Part shown: positions 55,163 to 64,000 of the stretch, in pieces | How the letters are laid out: every line of letters begins with the position of its first letter | Position numbering within the stretch: the stretch's first letter is position 1 | The notes under the pieces: generated by a model | What the model was told of the DNA's origin: nothing | The model's database searches: none | Seen by the model: the letters and a program-made list of their open reading frames with translations, nothing else | Translations under genes and position numbers: made by a program | Source of the DNA: the human T2T-CHM13v2.0 reference genome, Homo sapiens | Length of the DNA stretch: 64,000 nucleotides | Reading direction: 5' to 3' (one strand) | Assembly (NCBI RefSeq): GCF_009914755.1 | Contig: NC_060941.1

Positions 55163-55549
55163 TGGTTATCGCCATTTTAAAGGTAGGCAGTGACACTGAG
55201 ACACTGATAGGTTAATGAACTTGTAAAGTTCACATCATTAGTAAAAGCTGCAGCTGCCACTGGAGTTCAGGGTCTGACCCTGAACCTTAATCCTTCACTG
55301 CAGAACTAGCTACCAAGTGACCACTTTGACGAGCCTTGAGGAAAAGGCGGAGGGGGCTTTAGCACACACTCAGCTAACGAAAGTGTGCCGGTTCATTTCC
55401 CACAGCTCCACACAAACTCCCAGGGGTAGTAAAGAATAGCTTCTCCCTCCTCTGTGTCCCTGAGAAGTCCCAGGGGCATTCAGAGATTTACTGTCATCCC
55501 TGTCCAACCCATAGGAGTCTTCTAAGACCCATGCTTCTTCACCCATCTA

Positions 55550-55970
55550 GCCAGCCAGCCTTTATTGAGTACCTACTGAATGCCAAGCCTTAATTATGAA
55601 AACACAGAGCCTTTCTTCAAAGAGCTTTCATACTGAGGGGAAGATCACATGCAAAAGCAAGCAAAAGCAAAACTGCAGAGAGATACTTCTGCTGGTGACT
55701 AATTACCATGTGGATGGCGCAGAATTTCTGTCTAGTCAGGGAGGACTTCCTGTAGGAGGGGAGGTCTTCCACTGAGACTTAGAGGGTGAGTAAGGCTTGA
55801 AGAGATGGAGAAAGAAGTCAGGATACAGTCTTGGCCTGAGTGAAGAGGTTTAGTGAGAATAGAGAGGTCAGCTAGGCCAGAGGGAGGGTCTTGGGAGGAA
55901 TAGCTGAAAATACAACTGGAGGGGTTGGTTGGGGGCATATTGTGGAAGGTCTTGAGGGCTCAGATGAGAG
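55550..55970 (-). mobile_element. L2 fragment
   Basis: tttattgagtacctact..atgccaagc; gtcagggaggacttcctg.aggagg; gtggaaggtcttga. Confidence 0.6.
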
Positions 55971-56149
55971 CCTTTTTGTATCTCTTAAACTGATGGCTTA
56001 TGAATGGCTGGAAGCCATTCAAAGTGCATAGAAAGAGAGTGGCAAGAGGAAGCCAGTTCCTAGGAAATTAACATAGGCAAGCCTGTGCAAAAAGGAATGG
56101 AACTGGGGAGCCTGCAGGGGCAAGAAGAAGGGACCTAGTCCATGTGGAA

Positions 56150-56380
56150 TGTTTCCTATGTGTCAAGTACTTAGTATTTAGCCTACGTTATGACAGCTAA
56201 TTCTCCGTAGAGCCCTGAAAGATCTGTGCAGTTATCATCTCTGGTTTATAAATGACTAAAATGAGACACAGTGAGGTTAAACATGTTTCTCAAGGTTACC
56301 TGACTAAAACCAAAAAAGCTGAGTTTCAAACTCCCACAACCTAACACCAAAGCTCGCTTTCTTAACCACTATGCTCGACT
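56150..56380 (-). mobile_element. MIR
   Basis: ttatcatctctggtttataaatgactaaaatgagacacagtgaggttaa...ctttcttaaccactatgct. Confidence 0.7.
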
Positions 56381-57504
56381 GCCTTTATATCATGGGTCAT
56401 GCAAAATCCAACCTAAGTCTAAGAGATATTTAACCTCATCTGAGACATCTATCAGGTTGGAAAACATTTAGGGCTCTTCCCTGAAAGATGCCACTGTGCT
56501 CAAAATAGGCAATGTCTCTAAACGAATAATTAGAGAGGCATTCTCAGTGTTAGAAGTGTGGAAAGCTGAGGACCAGGCCTGGCTTGTGAATTCAGAGGCT
56601 ATAGTAATAAATACTTGATAGTGTTTATTCTTTTAAGAGGCTGATGGGAATCACAGTGGCCCTCAGGAGACAGAAGCCATCAGAGAAGGGCAGCAGTGGT
56701 GCCAATGCTAAACACCTCCATCATCTCTTCCTTGAAAGGCAGGGAGGGCATAAACACCTTGCTGCCACACTGGAGGCGCTCAGGAAGACCTGGAATAATT
56801 GGAGAGAAAGCACTCCTAAAAGCAAGTAGAAACTGCCTGCAGCTCTTTTGGTGTGGTTGGATGTGGTTGCAGATTTATCTGGCTTATCTTCTCAGGCATA
56901 GAATAATTGCTGTCCTGCAGGGCAAGCTCCGAAGAGATTTCCCCAGAAGCAAGCAGAGTCCTGTCTAAAGCAGAAATAGCCATGGCATAGCAGCAGCACC
57001 ACCCCGCGGAGTTAGCTACTAGCGCTGTCACGCATGTTGGAGCTACTGCAGGAAGAGGTGGCAGCATGGGGGGAAAGAATGGGAGGTATCAGGTCTGCAT
57101 GGAAGAAAACTGGAAACAAAGCCACTGGCTCGTGAGAGTTTGAAGCTCATGAGAATTTAGGGAAAACTTCCACATACACGGCTCTGTACTCTTCAGCTTT
57201 CAGAGCTCCAGAAGATCAGAGTCCAGGGTGGAATCTGTCATTGAGAGAAGAGACTTGGAAGACAGTGGCTGCAGGGAGGAAAGTGATGGCATTGTAGTGA
57301 TGGAGAGCTTAGCCCTTGTCTGAATGAGGCTCTGACAGGTGTGGTCACCTATGACAAACCCGTGGGTAATGTATACAAGAAGGCTGATAGTTGTGGCACT
57401 GAGCCATCTTCTAAAAAGACCACATTTGAAGGGAAGAAGAAACCTTGCTCAGTGAGATTAATCAAGCAAGGACTTCTTGGTTAGGGAAGGCAAACTGTTT
57501 TGAT

Positions 57505-57830
57505 GCATTGGTCAGGATAGGCTAGGTTGTGCTGCAGTAACAAGCTATCCCCAGACTTCAGCAGTTTTTAACATAAATGTTCCTTTCTCACTCATCCAAA
57601 GCACCTTTCTGGGCAAGGACTCTGTTTTTCATATTCCATCAGGGACCCAGCATCTGGGATGTCACCAGTTGCTGAGTCAAGGCAAGAAAGAACTAAGTGT
57701 CCTGGGCTTTAACGGGAAGTGATATCACTTCTAGCCACGGATTGGAACTAGTCACATGGACCCAATTAATGCAAGGGCAGCTGGAAGGTGTCAAGGAGCA
57801 GAGTGGGGTCTGGTGAGCACCACCTTCTCT
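57505..57830 (-). mobile_element. MLT1-family (MaLR) LTR fragment
   Basis: gtcaggataggctaggttgtgctgcagtaaca...; aactagtcacatgg.ccca; ggtgagcac. Confidence 0.6.
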
Positions 57831-60176
57831 GGCGTGCTTAGCAGAGTCTGGTGTCTGTCATTCCAAGAAATCTCTGACTGAGCTCCTAAGGATCTATGAC
57901 TTATGAGCCCCTGGGGGACTCCAAATAAAAACTAAAAGAATCATTTTACTAAGAATTCTGTGAGGCATTGAGGTAGAGCCACACTGCCTGGACACTGCTT
58001 CTTTGGACAAGCCTCACACAAAGAGGGAAGATGCATGCCCTCTTCCTCAGAAACAACTGTACATCATGGCATTCAACATACCAGGAGCAGTGGCACCAGT
58101 GATCCCCAACAGAATGCCACTAGCCTTCTCAGAGCAGAGGCAGAGCCTGGCATAAATGGATGTGTCTGTTTGAGTGTTGGCAGCACATGAGAGCCCCACT
58201 GGGTCTGATTGTGCCTGGGGACTATTTCAGAAAGCTAAGATCTTTGTTATGCATGTGGAGAACAAGAGCTGGAGATGGTGACCTCCTATTGAGTCTAATA
58301 AGACTGGTAACACTGATTGGATTATGTCCATATTACAGATGAGGACCTTGAGGTTTGGGGAAATTAACGGCCTTTCCAAAGTCACCTGGTTAATGCATGG
58401 CAGAGCCAGAGCCTGTTGACCCTATTGCATGATTTGAAATCATCATGTTTGGGAGGCATGCACTGTGTAAGAAGACAAGGAACTGGAGCCAGGATGCCAA
58501 CTTCCTGAGTGACCTTGGGCACATTATTTGAGGGCTTCCATTTCTCTATTTGTAAAGAGTAAAGCTGGATGAGATGTCTCAAAGTCTTTTCTGTTCCCAC
58601 TGAAGGTCTGTTGCTGCAACCCCATTGGAGCTGATGACAGACTCCATCAGCTGGAAGTCTGCTCAACCTGCTCCACCTGCTCTACCACCTCCAGTACCTG
58701 GAAGTCCAAAATTAGGAGAACAGAGCCCACGGCCTCATGCCACCACACCTGCTTTCACCAGCTCCTGGAGAAGTTGGACAGCTAGAGAAGGGAAAGCATG
58801 CTGGGCTGGAGCCCAGTGGGGTCACACTGTGGGCTCCCTGCTACTGTCCTCTGCTCCAACCTGGCCAGCCACCAGCTCGGCCCTGGGGTGGGGAGAGGTG
58901 GCATCAACAGTCAGGAGCTGCAGCCTGGGGGCTGCCCTGCCCTGCAAGGCTTCTTGCTGTATGTCATTCTTGCTGTATGTCCTTGCATGCGGCCTGGCCC
59001 TGCCTTAAGCAGGGGCCTGCTCCTGACAAGCAGCTCAGCTAGGGAGGAGAGGCCATTGCAGCAGATGGGCGGATGAAGACCAGGTGGGAGCATGAGGCCA
59101 GATCACGAGAGTCCTGAGCCCCCCATGGAAGACCGTTCCAGGCCATCCCTGGCCCTGAGTGTCATCTCCCACTATCCCTGTCACTAAGGTCCCCCATAAG
59201 TTTGACTTTGCAAGCTCCCTCCCCGAGATTTAGGCATCCTTGGGACTTAGCTCCTCTCTCTAGCACCCGCGTGCACGGAGTCCTCCCCATCGCCGGAGCA
59301 TGAGTCCATGCTTGAGACTAAGCCTTCTCCCCATGCCTGGCACTGAGTGCCATCCACGTTATGATGTGCAACTGAGCCCTGACATTGAGTGGCCTTTACC
59401 TACCTGACACCTAGCACCCCTGATGTCCCATAGTTAGTGCTTCCCTGATAGAAGAATGCCTCTTATCCTCCTCAGCAGGTGGCCTCCCTCCCACTTTGGC
59501 AGTCTCTTGCTGTGACCCTAGCCCCACTTGGCGTGTCATCTCACCATTACAGCCTTAGCTCCTCTGTTCAAATGTAGCCAGCACCTACTGAAGTTGTACC
59601 ATGTGACAGTGATGTTCAATGCTCTTGTTAAACACACAAACCAGGCTCCCAAGCTTCTGTCTGTGCCCTTTCTCCTCTACTGCATGCCCTCATTCCCCTC
59701 GGCACACTGAATTCTCCCTGGGTAGCCTCTGCAGTTCTGGGAGAACCAGTACCCATCAGTGCTCTAGGGCTCCCAAGTCCTGCAGCCTTCTGGGAATGCC
59801 TTTCCTTTCCCATCTGCCATCACACTAATGATAATAGTCGGCCACCTCCAGGATGCCCTAGGATTCCCAAGGTATTACATTCTTTGTGGCTTTTTTCACT
59901 TCTGAGTCAGAAAGGCTACTCTGAGCTTTCCCTCTCACCTCTGAACACTTCTGCAAGCCAGACTTGAACCCAACATTTCCACCACCTTCCTCCTGGGCCT
60001 TCCCTACTGCAAAGCTAACTCAAGGTTGGGTGATGTCACTTGTATCATGAAGGTTTCAGCAATTGCCATGTGGGAGAGAAAACAGCTGAATGTTAAATAC
60101 CAGGTTCCATTCTTGAGTCAATGGTCACCTTAAACCCCAACCTGCCCTAGGAACAGAGCCCCTTCTGCCATCTCTT

Positions 60177-60477
60177 TCTTTTTTTTTTTTTTTTGAGACA
60201 GAGTCTTGCTCTTTTGCCCAGGCTGCAGTGAAGTGATGTGATCTCGGCTCACTACAACCTCCATCCCTTGGGGTTTAAGCGATTCTCCTGCCTCAGCCTC
60301 CAAAGTAGCTGGGATTTCAGGTGCCCGCCACCACACCTGGCTAATTTTTGTACTTATAGTAGAGACACAGTTTCACCATGTTGGCCAGGCTGGTCTCGAA
60401 CTCCTGACCTCAGGTGATCCACCCGACTCAGCCTCCCAAAGTGCTAGGATTACAGGCATGAGCCACTGCACTCAGCC
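60177..60477 (-). mobile_element. AluS-type SINE with 13-bp TSD
   Basis: TCTGCCATCTCTT at 60164-60176 and 60478-60490. Confidence 0.95.
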
Positions 60478-62741
60478 TCTGCCATCTCTTCCTTCCCTTG
60501 GGACCCACTCCAGCACTTACGCCCTTTAATAGAAACCAAAATGCCACTCACCCAAAAGTAACCTCAAGCAAGGAAGTTGTCCTTCCACTTTCTTACCCCC
60601 AGAAATGACCTCTTTATTTCTTACCCTCCCCTTCCTCATGAGGCCTTGAGATCTGAAACTGCTGAACAGCAGGGGCCCTGAAAGTGTTTTTCCAAATGGA
60701 ATAACATGCTTCCTTCCTCATCCAGTGAGCTAGAAAGTGGCTGCAGTTTGTTTGCAGTAGCAGTTTTTTGTTTTTTATTTTTTACCGCTGCACATACATT
60801 TTCAAAGACATGGACCTCACTGACCCTCCCAGCATCATTTGGCTTCAGGCCACATCACCTACACCACTTCTTGACAGAGCCAAGAGTGATGCTGGAAGGG
60901 GAAGCAGGAAGCAGAAGAAGAAAGGGACCCAGAACAGTGGAATGCAGGAGCTCAGGGGCCACGCAGGAGTGTGGTTCTGCGTCTGGCCCAGGCACATCAC
61001 ACCTGCCTTGGGCATAGTATCCTCAAACCTGCTAGTTGAGGGGCGGGAAAAATTCACAGAATATTTTAGTGATTTCTTGCTCAGATAATCTGAGATTTGC
61101 CTCTAAATCATGAAAGTGAGCCTGAGGCCAAGCATCAGGCCTTCAGGGAATTGAGATTGGACACAATGATAAACTTGAATTCCCAGCCCAATAAACTTAT
61201 CTCTCTGGCAGGAACTTGCAGAGGCAAGTATTCCAGACCAAGCTTTGAAGGAACACAGTGGAATAAGAAAGCAAGAAAATAAAAAGTTGCTGTGTATCAC
61301 TTGTATGCCAAGTAATATTCATCTATTATATCATAGCATTATAAAATTGAGATATAATTTATACTATGCCATAATATTCATCCCTTTAAAGTGTACAGTT
61401 CAGTGGTTTTAGTATATTTACAATGTCATGCAATGACCACCACTGTTTAATTCCAGAACATCCTCATTACCCCCATACTTCTTTGCAGTCACCCCTACCT
61501 CTTCCCAGTCCCTGGCAGCCACTACTTTGTATCTTCTCAGATTAGCCTTTTCTGAATGTTTTACATACCATATGCGGTATTTTGTGATAAATACTTTGAC
61601 TTAGCATAGTGTTTTCAAGGTTCATACATGTGGTGGTATCTTTAATCTTTTACCCATTTTTATGGCTATACAATACTCTATTATACAGATATATGACATT
61701 TTATTTATCCATTCATCAGTTATTGAATATTTGCATTCCTTCTACCTTGGGCTATTATGAAAAATGCTATGAACATGCATGTATAATTTTTTTTATATGA
61801 ACACATGTTTTACATTTTCTTGGGTAGATACCTAGGGTAGAATTGCAGGGTAATATGGTAACTCAATGTCTGCCTTTTTGAGAAACTGCCAAACTGTTTT
61901 CTGTGGTGGCTGTGCCATTTTACCTTCTCAACAACAATGTATGAGGGTTGCAATTTCTCCATATTCTCACCAATACTTAGAAATGTTCATCTTTTTTATT
62001 GTAGCCCTTCTTGTGGGTACGAAGTGGTTTGTCATTGTGGTTTCGATTTGCATTTTCCTAATGACTAATGATGTTGAGCATTTTTTCATGTGCTTATTGG
62101 TCATTTGTGTATCTTCCTTGAAGGAATGTCTATTCAAGTCATTTGTCCATTTAAAAAATTGGGTTGTCTTCTATTGTTGCATTGTAAGAGTTCTTTAAAT
62201 ATCCTGGATACAAAACTCATAACAAACATGATTCAGTTATATTCTCCCATTCTGAAGACTATCTTTTTACTTTATTAATAGTGTCCTATGAAGTACAAAA
62301 GTTTTCATTTTGAAGGAGTCCAATTTAACTGTTTTTTTCTTTTGTTGCTTATGCATTTAGTGTCATATCTAAAAAACATTGCCTGATCTAAGGTCATGAA
62401 GATTTACTCATATGTTTTCTTCTAAGAGTTTAATAGTCTTATCTTTTACATTTAGGTCTTTAATTCGTTTTGAAATAATTTTTTATATGGTATGAGCCAG
62501 GGGCCCAACTTTATTTTTTTGTATGTGGCTAACTGGTTGTCCCAGCACCATGCAGTGAGGGACTATTCTTTCCCCATTGAATTATCTTGGCACCCTTGAT
62601 GAAAATCAATTGACCATGAGTATGAGTTTGTCTCTGAATTCTCAATGTTATTTTATTGGTCTATACATCTATTCTTATGCCAGTACCACACAGTTTTGAT
62701 TACTGTAGCTTTGTAATAAGTATTGAAATTGTTAATTGTGA

Positions 62742-63081
<340 letters not shown>

Positions 63082-63226
63082 TCTTAGTTCCTCTTTCTTA
63101 GGACTCTTGAGTATTCTAGTTGCTTGAATTTCAATATAAATTTTGGGAGCAGCTTGTCAATTTCTACAAAAATGGCAGTGATATTTTGATAGAGATGGTG
63201 CTTAATCTGCTAAACAATTTGAGGAG

Positions 63227-63813
63227 TATGTTAGCCAGAGTTCTTCAGAGAGCCAGAACCAATGGGATACATAGGTAGAAAGATTAGATTAGATTAGATT
63301 AGATAGATAGATAGATATGAGAGGGAATTTATTAGAGGAATTAGCTCACATGATTATGATGGCTGAGAAGTCCCACCACAGGCTGTCTGTAAGCTGGAGA
63401 CGCCTGGCTTAGTCCAAGTCCAAGGGACCCAGAATCAGAGAAAGCGGTGGTGTAACTCTCAGTCTGAGGCTGAAGCCCTGATAACCTAGGGGGGCACTGG
63501 TATGAGTCCTGAAGTCCAAAGGCCAGGGAGCCTGGAGTTCTGATATTCAAGGACAGGAGAGGAAGAGTGTATCCCAGCTCTAGCATATAGATGGACAAAT
63601 ACACTTCTGTTCTGTTTTTGTTCATTCTGGGCCCCTGCCAACTGAATAGTGCCCACCTACATGGAGGGTGGATATTTTCCACCTCGCTCAGTAAGAATCA
63701 CATGCTAATCTCCTCTAGAAACATCCTCACAGATACACTCAGAAGTTATGTTTTACCAGCTTTTTAGGTATTCCTTAATCCAGTCAAGTTGACTCCTAAA
63801 ACTAACCATCATA
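63227..63813 (-). mobile_element. MLT2-family (HERV-L) solo LTR with 5-bp TSD AGGAG
   Basis: gttcttcagagagccagaaccaat...ggaattagctcacatgattatg.tggctgagaagtccca...cagtcaagttgac.cctaaaactaaccatca; AGGAG at 63222-63226 and 63814-63818. Confidence 0.85.
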
Positions 63814-64000
63814 AGGAGTACTGCCATCTTAACAATATTGTTTTCTATTCCATGAACATGTTTTTTTTTGTATGCTTAAGTCCTTTTTAACTTATTTCAT
63901 TGATGTTTTGTAGTTTTCAGTGTACAGGTTTTGCATTACTTTTATTAAATTTATTCCTAAGTACTTTATTCTTTTTGGTACTATTATAAATGGAATTGTT

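Noticed and set aside
63281-63301. (AGATT)4 in the MLT2 LTR as a DUX4 site
   Set aside because: Gives TAATCTAATCT, missing the terminal A of TAAYYYAATCA; explained as microsatellite drift.

Overview
Primate, most likely human, genomic DNA rather than microbial sequence. The only real coding sequence is the first coding exon of the ASIC2a (MDEG1/BNC1) isoform of ASIC2/ACCN1 on the minus strand (10921->10367, 185 codons, phase-0 donor). Its TATA/CCAAT/CpG-island promoter lies at about 11.1-11.8 kb. Bases 1-10366 are intron 1, and everything above about 12 kb is repeat-rich upstream intergenic DNA. The dominant accessory feature is a two-LTR, 5.8-kb internally deleted HERV-H provirus (37510-43311, + strand, perfect tRNA-His PBS, 5-bp TSD GTCTC) that integrated into an AluY, which itself sits in an L2. 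Solo LTRs (LTR8-like, LTR9-like, MLT2, MLT1, LTR16-like), L1s, Alus, MIRs, hAT/Tigger fossils and several microsatellites fill the rest. I cannot support a wholly new biological system. The best leads are: (i) a perfect palindromic Maf element built from a MER5A fossil 5 kb upstream of ASIC2a; (ii) an old ~730-bp local duplication with an anomalously conserved 62-bp core and a shared AP-1 site; (iii) a young, G-to-A-scarred HERV-H with an intact promoter and splice donor next to an octamer/KLF-bearing LTR9-like element; (iv) a uORF and a competing frameshifting 5' splice site around ASIC2a exon 1; (v) apparent gene conversion between an inverted Alu pair. Repeat subfamily names come from recalled consensus sequences, and the boundaries of old repeats are approximate.
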